Shown: positions 41,753-61,785, counted from the stretch's first letter. The stretch is 64,000 nt of DNA from Vitrella brassicaformis CCMP3155 (GCA_001179505.1 CDMY01000329.1:54275-118274); one strand, 5' to 3'. A program made the numbers and translations. The notes: generated from the letters alone by a model not told the origin.

Positions 41753-44700
41753 TCAGTCGCTCGTGACCTTCCTGCTGGTGGTGTCATCCGGACCGCCCCC
41801 CTCCGCCCCAGCCAGCAGCCCACGCGCCTCCTTGCCCTTGCCCCGCTTCCAGCCGCCGAACCGAATGGGGCTGCTCGATCGACGCCTGTGACGCGACGCA
41901 ACGCCATCGCCACCACGTTCCTTTTCGCGACCCCTCCGGCCGCCCTTCCGATTGGCCGCCGCTGGATCGTCTGCACCGACTTTGGACGGCCTGCGGCGGA
42001 AGAGCCGCAAGATACCCCTGCCGCCCGCCTTGGTGTCTTGGCCCGGTCCCTGTCTGATGGGTGCGCTAGTGGGTGTGGTGGCGGGGATGGGTGTCACGGG
42101 GGGCGCCACGGGGCCGTCGGGGGCGTCGTGGGCTCCTCCTCCTCCTTTGCGAGAGGGGAGGGGCGGCTTGAGGCAGCACTTGGTCTTGGCGGGGGAGAGG
42201 CTGCGGTCGCGGCCCTCGGACGGGCTGCCCGCTTCCTCACTGACCACGGAGTAGAAGTCTGCTGTGACCGCGCTGGGCGGGGGATTGGCCAACGGACGAG
42301 GGCTGCACAGCACACAACCACATACACCGAGAGAGAGAGAGGCGCATTCTTGCTTCAACTTTTCTCCCGCCTTTCCCATGCGCATCGCATCTACCCACCG
42401 ACCTGGAGACACTGAGGTCGACGGTAGGTGGTTCGTTGCCAGCGTTCGACTGCGCGTCGAAGTACTGCGCCTCCGGTGGTGATCTTTCGCCGGCCTCGTC
42501 GATGTCGCCCTCCCCCGCCTCCAATTTAAACGCATTCATCGTTTCGGGCGGCCGCACTCCACTCTCCACGTTGAACGGTGAGCGCGCGTCTTGCCCATCA
42601 GATCTGATCCGATTGGGCGACAGCCAGTGGCCCTCCGCCGCAATCTCCTGCAGCACCTCCTGGTGGGGCGAGCCGATAGGCACGCGACGCAACTCGGGGG
42701 TGGTGGTCTCTGATGGACAGTGGTGGGCACAAGACACACACGCAGGCAGAGCAGACATACCCATGATGGTGTGCGCTTGGTGTCGCTGTGTGTGTGTGCG
42801 CGTGTGTGGCCTTTGCTGTACGTACGTGTGGCCCCAGGAGCCCATGGGGGCAATGCGGCGGATGCGGATTGCCAGTCGTGGACGGGGCCGGAGGAGATGG
42901 CCACCTGTGTGGGTGTGGTGTTCTTGGTGGGCGTGCCGCTGGGCGACACAGTCTTGTCAAACAGTCGGGGAGCGAAGTTGAGGGAGGGGGGGATGGGCGC
43001 CTCGGCGGTGCACGACGGCTCACTCGGGGCGCTCGAGTGACCAGACGAGTCGTTGTCGTGCGCAAGCTGACCTGCACACACACACACACACACACACAGA
43101 GGGAGAGAGAAAGAGAGATGAAGGGCGAGGTGGTGGGGGCGGCTTCGTCTCTCTGCAAAGCTCACCTTTCTCGACTTCGGGCACGGGCATCGGCTCCGGC
43201 TCCTCGTCGAGCTGCTCCTCCCTCTCTCTCTCTTTGTCCTTGTCATCATCTCTAGCCGCATCGTAAGCCCCCACCGTCGCGCTCGCACTCACACTCCACC
43301 CAAACCCAGCCCTGCCCAGGAATCCCCACCAGCTGCTGGCCGTCGCTGCTGACGATGCCGCTCCTGCCTGCTGATCCTGATCCTGCTGCTGCTGCTGCTC
43401 GAGCGGCTCGTCCTGTTGCGATGATGTGGTGGGCACCAGGGGCGTGGTGGCGCCGCCCCCGAAGTGCATGGCCTTGGGTGACGCGGGCCGCTTGGGGGGG
43501 CTGGTGATTGCCGCCGCCATGTCTGCGTCGGAGAAGTCGTCCGCGGCGGTCAGAATGCCCTGTGGCTCACCCGCAGCCTTTGCCGCGATGACCTGGATGG
43601 TGGCAGGCGAGATGGGCGAGGGCGGGCTGTTGAGCTGCTCGGTGGTGAACTTGTCGCAGGAGGCGTCGAAAACCGTCTGGGACACCCGCACCTTGTGGCC
43701 GGAATCGTCGGCCGTCAGGGTCACCTCACTCACACTCGGCGACGCTACTGCAGTAAATGGAGTGAATCAACCACACAGACATAGACAGCATAGAGAGAGA
43801 GAAAGACAGACAGACAGAGAGAGAGGGAGGGAGATGCATGCACATACAGTATTGCCTTTGCCGTCTTATCCGTCTTACCGTCATCTCTGAGGGTCTCCTT
43901 GGCAGCCTCCTCCTTGGTCTTCTCCCAAATGGTCACCAACGGCTCCCTGATCACACCGTTGGGCGTGAAGGCCGGCTTGGGGCCCACCTGGATGCCCGTC
44001 GGCGCGTAACCCCCACTCACAGGCTTCCGCTTCCCCGGCCCCCACATGGCTGCCCACATGCTCGTCCGCTCCGTCCCACGCGTCAGGGGCCCTTGGGGCG
44101 GCGGAGCAGCGGCTCCCGATGGTGCGCCGAACCCCTGATACACTCCGGGGGTGGCCACCCTGGCACCTTCACGCGCGGCCATGGCGCGCTGAGAGGCTTC
44201 AGAGAAGCGCTGGGGCGGGGGGGAGGGGGACCGCTCACGAGAAGTGCCTGGCGTGGCAGAAGCCGGTCTCTGACGGGCAGCTCCCTCTTCATGCGATGGG
44301 GTTGACGCGGACGATGCCGCCGTGGAGGCTGAGGCTGATGCCGATGCCGATGCGGCCTCGGCCTTGGCCGCCTTGGCTGCTCGTGCCTCCCTGGCCTCCC
44401 TCTCCTTGACGATCTTGTCAAACTTAGCGATGCTCCTGTCAAAGTCGGACAGCCCAATGCTCCTCAGGTACGCCGCCTGCTGCTGCCGAAACCGCTCGTA
44501 CTTCTCCTCCTCTACACGCCGTCTGTGGCCCTCGGGGTCCAGATGCCGATCTGCATGGGCCGGGTCGGCAATGAGCGCCAGGTCACGCAGGCGACGCTGC
44601 AGAAAGGTCTCCTTCGGCGGCTCCTGTGGACGAGAGGATTGCGTCCCCTCACTCACAGACGCCGACCGGCTGAGCGACGGCCCGCCCGACGTACGCGACG

Positions 44701-46107
44701 GTTTGGGGGGCGGTGGGGGTGGGGGCGGTGCGGCGGTTGGGGACCGTCGCTTGGGAACCTCCTGCTGCTTGAGGTCAAAAATGTGGTCGGACGGAGGCAC
44801 CGCGGGGGTGCCTGCCTTTGGCCTGGCCGGAACGTCCTTGGCCTTGTCCTTGGCGTGCTTGGGGATGCTGCTCTTGCGCACCACCGAGGGCTCGCCACCC
44901 GGATCCCCGCCGCCAGCAGCAGCCGAACGGTTGACCGTACGCTGGCCGGGAGGAGACGAGGGCGATGACCCACCACCACCACCACCAGCTGCAGCAGAAG
45001 GGGCGCTAGCAGCCGACGCAGGAGAGTCAGGTGTGCTGCTGGTGCTTGTGGTGGTGGTGGTGGTGGTGGGTGTGGTGAAGAGGCCGTTCTCTTTGAAAGT
45101 TCTCCTCATCTCGGGGTCGATGAGGGCGTTGACGCCGGCGGACATGGGCCGCCCGTCGGTGTGTGCGTCGGTGGGGATGAAGGCGCGCTTGGGTCGGGGG
45201 GGCGGGGNNNNNNNNNNNNNNNNNNNNNNNNNNNNNNNNNNNNNNNNNNNNNNNNNNNNNNNNNNNNNNNNNNNNNNNNNNNNNNNNNNNNNNNNNNNNN
45301 NNNNNNNNNNNNNNNNNNNNNNNNNNNNNNNNNNNNNNNNNNNNNNNNNNNNNNNNNNNNNNNNNNNNNNNNNNNNNNNNNNNNNNNNNNNNNNNNNNNN
45401 NNNNNNNNNNNNNNNNNNNNNNNNNNNNNNNNNNNNNNNNNNNNNNNNNNNNNNNNNNNNNNNNNNNNNNNNNNNNNNNNNNNNNNNNNNNNNNNNNNNN
45501 NNNNNNNGGGTTTGGGCGGGGCGGCGAGACCCGACGGGTGCTGTGTGGGCGACGCCATGGGCTGAGAGGACGGCCCTGCGGCGGGGGCAGGAGCCTCTGC
45601 GTGTGACAGACAGAGGAGAACAATGAGGGCATTTGCCGTACTCACACACACACACACGGGCACGCTCCACTGACTTGGCTGTGGTGCGTCATCGGGTATC
45701 CTGGCCGTGAAGACACTGGTGGAGGGCGGGTACACTGGTGCCCCCGCCAGCTGGTTGGGGTTGACGCCCACGGGTGGCGTATAGGGGATGCCCAGGTCCA
45801 CACGGTACAGCTGCGATGTGCCACGGAGAGAATTCGACGCAACCAGCTCCCAAAACTGTGTGACAAGCACACACACAAGCAGAGAGAGAGAAAGATATGG
45901 ACGAGAGCCCCCAGGTGACCTCCTGTCTGTCTGTCTGTCTGTCTGTGATAGGATACCTCTTCGAGTTCGAGTCTGTTCTTCTCGAGTATTTTGACGGCGG
46001 CGGCAGCGCCCTCCTTGAAGGGCAGCGACGGGCCGCTCTCATCCAGGTCGCACACCAACTGCAAATCCTCCAACATGCGCTTCAAATCCTGACCGTCAAG
46101 GAACCCT

Positions 46108-46140
<33 letters not shown>

Positions 46141-47050
46141 TACAGGGGAGGGTGTGAGGGTGTGTGGATGTGTGGATGGTGTGGATGGTGTGCGTGAGTG
46201 CGTCGCGTCTCGTTGCGTACCCTTGGCCCCCTGGTCGTATATGGCGAATATGAGAGAGAGGCGCAGAGCCCCCGAGACGGAGAACACGTTGTGCGGGCAC
46301 TTCCAGTCAATCAAAATGCACATGCAGTAAAACTCATCTGCCACACACACACCAAAACACAACCACACCACACCACACACTCTCCCCTTGTCTGTCTGTC
46401 TCCCTGTCTGTCTGTCGTTCACTCACTCCAGGAGAGGTATTTGCCGTTGCCATTAGCGGGGTTGACACAGACCTCCCACATGGAGCGGCGCGTCGACCGC
46501 AGGCCGTAGTTGTCCGCCTTGTCGGGCGCAAACAGCCGCCGCTGCACATCACGGATCCGCGGCTCCATCGTCCGCAGATGGTGGGCTGACACACACACAC
46601 AGACACCACACCACACCACACCACACCACACACAAATGAGAGAGAGTGAGACGACCAGACAGACGACACACACCCCTCCCTCCCTCCCTCCCTCCCTGTC
46701 TGTGTGTGTGTCTGTGTGTAGGCCACGGTGCGGACCGAGGTAGGAGTCCCAGTTTGTCTTTTTCATGATCATGATGTCTGAGGGAAGAACCTTGCATTAA
46801 CCGTAACACTCTGTGTCTGTATGTCCGTGATACCTTGCATGTTGACGTCGGTGTTTTGCTTCATCTGCCCCCAGAGGTACTGCGTGGCCTCCCGGTTGAA
46901 GCATATCTCCTCCCGCAGCCTGTCAAACAGCTCCGGCTGCACGAAGAAGTAGTTGCCCGGGTTCAGGGCCGCGCTGTGCACCTTCACCAGAAACGGACGA
47001 ATCTCCCCCTTCTTACGCTGAACCTCGTCAGAAGAATAGGCGTTCCCCAT
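41753..47050 (-). CDS. Large protein with MG- start, EF-hand-like N-terminal domain and very long P/S/A-rich disordered C-terminus, multi-exon (spans an assembly gap)
   Basis: MGNAYSSDEVQ...; LIFAIYDQGAKGFLDGQDLKRMLEDL (EF-hand-like); the exon junctions I checked (first five and last three) keep the frame through to ...TTSRKVTSD* at 41753. Confidence 0.65.
45208..45507. other. Assembly gap (300 N) in a poly-G/Pro-coding exon
   Basis: Run of N flanked by G-rich sequence. Confidence 0.98.
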
Positions 47051-47225
47051 CGCTCTTTCTTGACGATTGAGGGGCGCGCTGCGCAGGGGGAGTCGGATTT
47101 CAGTTGCGAGCTCAGAAACGATCCCATCTCAGCTACCAAATCTCAAGCTTTTTTTGGTTTGGTTCCTTGTACGAGGCCGAGGGCCTTCTGGGAAGGCCAT
47201 CCACAGTGCGAGAACCGGACTCCGG

Positions 47226-48477
47226 ATGATCCTGTTCATCTCGCTCTTCCTGCCGGCTGCCTCGGCGAGTGCGGCGCTCAGCGGACGTCAGAGCGACACC
47301 ATCGCCGATGTTATGGACAAATTCGGCCCTTTGTCAGTCGAGAACAACAAAGGCGAGAAGCTCTCCGAAGCTGCGTCTGATGCTGCAGCGGCGGGCCCTT
47401 TTGACCTTCCGGCATTTGTGGCGCCAAAGGACAGCTCTCATCGGTTCAGCTATGGGCTTGAAAGCGACCAAGGGCTGCAGCGAGAGGTGTTCACTCTGAA
47501 GGTGCTGCCTGACGCGGGCAAAGCAGATGAGCTCCGCGGCCGCATCGAGCACGAAGGCGTCCCGTTCGACCTGCTGTCGTACCATATTACGGCCTCTGAC
47601 AAGGCGCTCCACGGCGACAGGAAGGCAGTGGACATCTACGTGGTGCACAAGGCAGCCGACACATCGACCGACCGGTACCTCGTCGAGAGTCTCTCGCTGG
47701 ATGAGGGGTTTCGCACCTCGTCTGTGTCGGAGGTGCTCAAGGGCACGCTGTCGTCGCTCCCCGCTCATGCTGCGCATGGCCGTGGGCTGGACTCTCTGAG
47801 TGATGTGGACGTGGAAAGGCTGCTCGAGCCGCTGAGAGACTTGAGAATCTGGCGGGATGGGGACATGGCGGTGGACCGAGAGGATGGGGCGCCCACACTG
47901 GCTGCTGCTGACTTCCCCACCCCGTGTGCACACCTTGTCAAGTGGTACGGCGGCACGGATCCATACAGACAGACAGCAAGATTGCCTCCACCTGTCTGTC
48001 TGTGTTTGTCTGCGCAGGATCGACAAGACGGACTCTCAGCAGTCGTCGCCCTCACCCTCCCCTACCCCGCCCGCCATTGTGTCAGCTCACTCCCCCGCCG
48101 TCGTCTCAGCTGCCGGCCACTCACTGCCCTCGTTCGCGCAGGTGGCGTCATCTCGGCGGGCCAACCACACCCTCGCCCCATCCCTCGCAGAAATGCCCTC
48201 CTGGCTGCCGTCATTCAGCAAAGACACATCCGTCACTGAGTGTCGCGGCACGAGCATACGCGGGGCGCACCCCCTGCCGCCCTCCTCCCACACGGCTTCT
48301 GCGTCGCTTCGAACGCCGTCTGTGCGCAGGAGCAGCGGTGTGAAGGGCACTGGCACTGTTCGGCGTGGGCGGGGACACGGCGGCACCAAGAAGGTGGTGC
48401 GCGCTGCGGTGGCGCATGCGATTAACGAGACGGCCACTGTCTGCGAATGGAGCCTTGTCCAAGCTTTTTCTGTTTGA
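47226..48477 (+). CDS. Uncharacterised secreted protein (2 exons, 392 aa)
   Basis: Signal peptide MILFISLFLPAASASA; intron 47945-48017 joins in frame (719+460 nt); S/P-rich C-terminal part. Confidence 0.65.
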
Positions 48478-49583
48478 TGTGAGTAGGCAGACGAAATGGG
48501 TGACGGGATCGGATGGGTGCTCCTGATGGCTCCCGGCCGAGGTGCGGTGTGTCGGCTGGATATTGCCAGACTGTTTTTGCAGCATTGTGGATACATACAT
48601 GCTAGTTTTCCCACCCTGAGCTGAGCTTTTGTTGTGCGTTTTTTGCTGTGTGTGATGGGATACGATCAGACCAGATCAGGTCAGGTGCCTTTTTCCTCTC
48701 CTCATTCTTAGTTGGCATTGGTGGTCCGTGTTGGTAAATGGGTGGGTGTGGGTGTCGGCGTGAGAGAGAGAAGCGGCTAGTAGAGACGTATTTGTGGGCG
48801 TGGCGTATGGGTGGGTGGCTCAAGGGATGCGACAATGACGAGAACGGACTGATCAAATCTGCTTGTTGGTGGTGTGGTATATGTGTAAAGATCTTCACCG
48901 ATTCCAGACGCAGCCTTTGCTTCGTTCTCTACGGTCCGTTCCCTGTGTGGGTGTCACATCCTTGACGGACACGTTGCCGGCCAGCCATGGGCAACAAGCT
49001 GGGTGGCGTCGTGTCCTTCACATATGTGACACTAAACACAGGGGAGGGCTCCGTTTCACCAGACACAAGCACTGGATGTCTCCCTGTGGGATGACTAGCT
49101 GCGATGAGCACACCCACACCCACACACCCTCGGACACAACGACATATGTGTGTATGTCGGTATGTGTATGACGCACACAGACGCCCAGGAGCACCATTAC
49201 GCGATCACCTCACCCACCCATCCACCCACCCACGAAAAACGGTGTGACACCCACAGAAACACAACGCACACACACACAGATATCATCTACGTCTGCCTGC
49301 CTGTCGGTGTATATGGGTACAAACAAAACACAGCACACAAAAAAACATACCTGCACTGCAGCCATCGGTGCGATATGCGATAAGCGATGAGCGATACCAC
49401 AACAACAACAACAACGACACGGCAATAGGTAGATAGATTGACTAAACAGGTAAATCGCTGCGATCGCCTGTCTGTCTGTCTGTGTGTCTGTGTCGCCTCC
49501 CTCCAACCGGGAAAAACGGAGGGATGTGCACCCACAGAAGCCCGACACACACAACACTCACAGACATACACCAGAAGTGCGCG

Positions 49584-56328
<6,745 letters not shown>

Positions 56329-56686
56329 TGTCGCTGTGATCTGATGGATGACGGTGTTGTCTTGGCTGTGTCTACGCCTGTCCCTAAGCCCGGCGCCTAC
56401 CTTTCGGCGCTAGACATCTCCAGGGCGGATCTCCCACAGTTTTGCGGTTTCACTGAAAAGCCTAAGCCCAAACCCTAAACCCTCAACCCCTTTCAAAGCA
56501 CAGAACGTCAAGTCACTTCCCCGAAAATCATTTGTTTGGGTTGTGTCTGGTTTTGGCGCAGAGCGTTGGCCCTTGGTGCCCATCTTGATGTGGTCGACGA
56601 ACACAAGCCATACGCCCGTCGTTGCGCTAGACTCAGCACCCTCCCCGACCTTCGTGGCCCTCTCCGACACCACCCACAAGCACGTC

Positions 56687-58806
56687 ATGTCGACCGACCT
56701 CCCCTCCAAGGAAAAGCTCCCCCCGGACAGACAGCAGGTACGCCCAGCACGCCACACGCACAGGCCGGTGCCTCCCTCCTCACTCCGCCGCCTGCCTCAT
56801 CCGCCGTTGCGCGCTGTCACGATCTTGGTTCAGGTGCCCAAGCCCCCACACGTGGAGGTGAGCTGGCACGACCCTCCCCTGGCCTCACAGGCGCATGTCT
56901 CATCCCCACACTGCCCGGGCGCATCCCCACTCTGCCCCTCTCTGCCCTTTTGCTGCCGTTGCTCAGGGTGAGGCGGAGCAGAAGGATCAGGAAATGGTGT
57001 TGGCGGGCGATGGCTGCCGCCCGACGCCCATAGTCAGTGCCGACGATGCCGCGGCCGCCCCTCAAGCGCCCGAGGGCAAGGAGGCGGCTCCCAAGCGCGC
57101 AACGGACGGTGGAGAGGAGGACAAACCGAAGAAACGACATAAAACCGCCGACTTGCCGGCCTCTGAGGTGAGCAGCCGGGTCAGGGGGGTGGCAGACGTC
57201 ATGAGGGCATGCACAGGGCCACAGAGAGTCGCAGGAAGGGCAGAGTGGGGCGAGGAAGGCACCGAGGGAGACGGGGAGGTCTGGAGGGAGGTCGTGTCTC
57301 GACCGGTTCGCTGCGAGCTGTGGGTATCCATCTGTTTGTGAGAGCCAGTTTGGGCGTCAGGGAGGACTCGCGAGGCAGCACAGCCAGCCAGGCCACACGG
57401 GCATATTGGACACGGCTGCGTGTCGTGTTGAAAGATGTATCCAAGCAGCTGTTGATTGACACATCCGTATCGGCTCTCTTCATTCTGTCACTGCCGGCGC
57501 GTGTCTGGTGTGGGGGTGTGTGTGTGTGTGTGTGTGTGCAGGGTGACAGTGACTCGCTGCTGAGGAGCCGTTTGAAGAAACTCATCACGGACCTGCAAAT
57601 CAGGTGAGCGTCACGTCGCTCCACACGCGCGCACCCTCTCCTCTCATCCACTCCACTCAACTCGTGTGTGGGGTGTGCTGTGGTGTGTGCCGTGCAGCCC
57701 GTCGATATACAAAGGCATAGACAAGGGTGATTCGTCGGTGGCCATGTTGAACCAAAGGGTCATGGAGAAGTGTGCAGAGCTGGGTAAGTGGTGGTCGACG
57801 TTACACAGCCACCACACACAGAGAGCCGCTTCACACACGCCACACACAGAGCCGCGGTCCACCTCTCTCTCCCTCCCTCTCTGTATGTCTGTGTGGGCAA
57901 ATGCAGGTGTGACGGCTAATGGCGAGGTGCGTTTGCCGACTCCTGAAGAGGTGAGCACACCCACCACCATACACCATAACGCCAGACACCATCACGCCCA
58001 GCAGTCAGCCCTGTGTCGGTCCTTTCCTCAATGTGTGTGTGTGTTGTGCCCCATCCATGTGTTGTGTTGATCAGGAGAAGGCCTACCGCAAGAAGCGCAA
58101 GCAGCAGAAGGTGTACGAGGAGGTCATGGACGGAGTCAGCACCGATAACATTCTCAAGGTACACTACACAACCAGCAGTGCAGCCACCACTACACATCCA
58201 TCCATCCATCGCTCTGCGCCTGCGTGTGGTTGTCTCGCTGTGTTATCAGGAGGGCGAGGACGGCCGGCGCCAGCGCCGCCCCGCCGCCGTCAAGGCGGAG
58301 CTTGTCAACGCGGTAGGTCCACCACACCCACCACACTCACAAGCATCAAACACCCCTCACACCCCTCACACACACGTGTGTATTGGTTCCCTCTTCAGTC
58401 GGAGTTGGCCAAGGACCAGCCCAAAAAGGACGCCCGCGACGCACCCAAGAGCCGCAAACCACCATCAGGCCTCTCGCCCCGCTCAGGCACCAACCCCTCC
58501 CTCCCGCCGATGGCCAGCAGCACATCCTCACCCCCACACAACGGCGTGCGCAATGCCGCCCGCAGCCCAACTGATCGGGACGGTGTTCGGCGGGGCGCCA
58601 GCGGGGCGGGTGGCGATGTGGGTGGCGTGCCGCGTCGTCAGAGTAGCGGTTTGAGCAAGTTGATAGTGAGCAAGAAGGACGTGCCGGTGCAGAAGAAGTT
58701 TGGCCGCAAGGCGACCAAGGCGGAGCGGATGATGCTGGCCAAGCCCGACGAGGATGAGGACGACTATGACCCCGATGCGTTCAAGTCGCTCCTCAAGACC
58801 GAGTGA
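56687..58806 (+). CDS. Histone chaperone with CHZ/HIRIP3-like domain, about 9 exons
   Basis: RLKKLITDLQISPSIYKG...ELGV...RLPTPEEEKAYRKKRKQQKVYEEVMDGVSTDNILKEGEDGRRQRR resembles the HIRIP3/plant CHZ1 C-terminal consensus (L..II..CG...PS.YK....L...P.......K.....E..GID..NI....RR). Exons join in frame. Confidence 0.6.
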
Positions 58807-60563
58807 CCGCGCTACGGCTGACCTACCTCTCTATCTCTTGTCGGTCTGGCTGCTGGCTGGGTGCCGTGTGCGTCCACCCCTCTGCCTTGTGTACAGTCGC
58901 AGTGCACTGTCTGGCCGCCATCCATATGCCCTCTGTCTGTCTGTCTTGATTGAGCACAAGATCCATACATATCCCATATCTGCCGAGGGTGCGGTGTGGT
59001 GGACGGAATGGGTGTGGTGTGAGGGCAGGCAGATGGGATGGGTGGGTCGGTGTTTTTGGCCTCGCCCGCCCTTCTCTGCCCTGCCCTGCCCTGCCTGCCT
59101 GTCTGTCTGTAGGGAGACTAGGTATCTACAGGTGGGATGGATGGATGGATGGCCTCTCCTTCTTTCTTGTGTGTAGCGGTAGTTGGTTAGATGGCCTGCC
59201 TTCCTGCCTGAGTGCCGTTCCCCAAGCACCACCATCACTGTGTCGAAGACGAGAGGGAGAGAGGACTGGGATGAGGGAAGGACTCATCGATCACTTGTGT
59301 CTCAAGGAAGGATCGGATAGCTTTAACCTGAGCCCATCTCGGTCGCACACTCAGACAAGCCCCGCGCACGTATTACCTGTTCACACACGCACACATCACA
59401 CCGGCTCACTCACTCAGGGAGGTAGGCAGCAACTTGTCGCACTTTCGTGTGTATATCCCGTGAAGATCAGCAGAGTCACTCGGCGGGCGGATACTTCCTA
59501 CTTGCATCAATGCGACCCATTGAATGCGTCTCTTCTTGTCCGTCGCGTTTTCGCGTCTGTCTATCTTAGCAAACGATTTGTTGGCCAGGCACTACCCCTC
59601 CTTGCCCAGCTGTCGTGCTCATATCGATCCATGCAGCCATGTCGGCCTGGAGCCATGCCAGACAGATGAAGCGAGACGGGCGCTAGCACACGAGATGAGG
59701 CCACGTTGACGAGCCGCTGCCTTCGGTGGCACTAGAGAGGACAGGATAGCTAGCACGCACGGATGCAGTGAGCTCACTCGCAACCGGACGATTTGTGCAT
59801 CGATGCCATCAATGTGACCTTTCTCACCACGTCTGTCTCTCTCACCACGTTGTCACATGAGTATCTACCTCACACCGCCTGTCTTGTCCTCTGCCTTTCG
59901 TCCTTCCTCCCCCCATCTAGGTGTCTTGCTCATCTCGATGCAGCCATGTGGTCCTTGAGGCATGCCAGAGAGATAGATGAGGCAGACCGATACGCAGAGT
60001 GTCTGACTTCTCAAGTGGGGCGGGGCATGGCGGAACACGAATATAGGACGACGAGAGAGGTGTGTGGAAGAGCTGCCTCCCTTGACCTGTTCTCCCGACC
60101 CTGTCTGTGGCTAGGAAAAGGGAGGTCATTCATTCATCTGGTAGGACAGACTAGAGACTGCATGAAGGGCTTCATGTGTATGAAGGCCGCCTTTGGTGTG
60201 TCTCGTGTGTGTGTGTGTGTGTGTGTGTATGTGTCCGCAGTGAGAGAAGGTGGTGCCGTGCCGTGCCGTGCCGTTTACAAAGGGAGGCGTGTGCCGACGT
60301 GTGGATCCATCCGAAGCGGCGTGACTGACTGAGGCATCAATCCACGTGCGCATCCATTCCTCCGTGAACATGCAGGTAATTTGCACACTACCTATCTTAC
60401 CGTCTCCGTCGCCCACTCATCTCTCATCTGCCATTTTGATGCATGCAGTCTCGCTATTTAGATTGCAATCTGGAAAACCCCAGTCTCGCTCGGCGTCTCG
60501 GACGTCGACCACGCAGCAGCTGGGGTCCTTCTCTCATCAGCTGTCGGGCCATCCTTTTCCCAG

Positions 60564-61268
60564 ATGTCCCTCTTCACCTATGGCGGCAGTGCTCTCGTCG
60601 GGCAGACACGGCCGTCACCACTCTCACAGGTGGACAGGAGAGGAATGGACTGCCAGCCTCAGGACACGGTGAGTATAGGGCACAAGTGCAACAAATAAGA
60701 CCTGTGTTGCAATGGTTTGTGTTGTGTTTCGCCAGGAATACGGTCGTTTGTCGGCCGATCCCACTTCTGCCAGGCTGAAAGAGGTGGTGCGTGGCGAGCC
60801 CCGTCCCTTAGTCGTGCCTCGGCGTCCATCGGAGCATGAAGGCATGTTCTGCCCATACTCAGACCAGCTAGGTACGTGCTCATACACTTAATCAGGGATG
60901 ACTGACATTTATCAACAGCTTCCCCTCTCCTGTCTGTGGGCATGTCCGGTGCAGGTCAGCATCCAGTGTACTTCAACAATGACCTTGGCTTTCCGCACAA
61001 GGGCGCCGGTGTGGGGGCAGATAGGCAGTTTTCGGCTGCCAAAGACACGCTCGAAGCTTTGCGGTTCGAACAACCAGCATCAGTGGTACGTTTGTTCACA
61101 TCGCACCCGCCACACACCCAACATCGGTGTGTCTTGCAGGGTAAGAAACATCTGTTTGGGCAAGCGAATGTGCTGCACGTCGGCAGCCACTTGGTGCGCC
61201 CTGATAGCGCCCTGCTGCCAGCCAAACGGGCTGTCAAGACACACCACCAGTTCTGGCACCTCATGTGA
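60564..61268 (+). CDS. Uncharacterised small protein (4 exons, 166 aa; an upstream exon is possible)
   Basis: Exons 60564-60668, 60736-60871, 60955-61085 and 61140-61268 have GT-AG borders and matching phases (501 nt, no internal stop). Confidence 0.6.
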
Positions 61269-61481
61269 GCCAGATAGACAGGCTGATGGCTGGCTTGGCT
61301 TGGCTTTTCTAGTCTTTCGTTGGTAATTTTAATTAGTGACTTTGCGGGCGAGTGCTTGCCAAACAGAATTGGAGACAGAAAGGGGATGGATGAGGGGTCG
61401 ATGATGCGGTTCAATGGACATGTCCGACCGACACATGTTACATACGCAGACAGACCCACCTACCAGTCTAAGGCCAGCAAG

Positions 61482-61745
61482 TCAGCCCTCCCCCTGCCCC
61501 TCAGCGGCCATTTCCCCTCTTTGCCTTTCGTCCTCTATCTCTTGCCTGAGCCTGTCCTGCTCCTCGCCACCTGCAGCAGCTGTCCTGTTGCCCCCCGCTG
61601 CCCCTGTTGGTGGCGGCAGCGGGTGGCCGTGGATGGCGGCCTTCATGATGCCCTCCAGCTCTTGTGTGGATCTCAGCAGCCGATTCTCCTCCTCTGTCAG
61701 CTCAGCCGTCAGCCGATCAGACTCGGTACGCAGACGGGACACCTC
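61482..61745 (-). CDS. Probable last exon of an uncharacterised coiled-coil protein; upstream exons not resolved
   Basis: Typical (GT)n-cag acceptor followed by EVSRLRTESDRLTAELTEEENRLLRSTQELEGIMK...EEQDRLRQEIEDERQ...*. Confidence 0.4.
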   Translation of the reverse strand, partial: EVSRLRTESDRLTAELTEEENRLLRSTQELEGIMKAAIHGHPLPPPTGAAGGNRTAAAGGEEQDRLRQEIEDERQRGEMAAEGQGEG

Positions 61746-61785
61746 TGCACACACACACACACATGACGATGCCTTCCTTGTTGTG

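Noticed and set aside
56343-56417. Upstream exon MSSAE as the ABCC start
   Set aside because: Its phase-2 donor gives a stop with either downstream acceptor; ATG 56328 is preferred and this is treated as a 5'UTR exon or uORF
59793-60332. 179-aa plus-strand ORF (…MWSLRHAREIDEADRY…)
   Set aside because: No motifs, it ends in a GT microsatellite, and I found no in-frame link to the neighbouring gene
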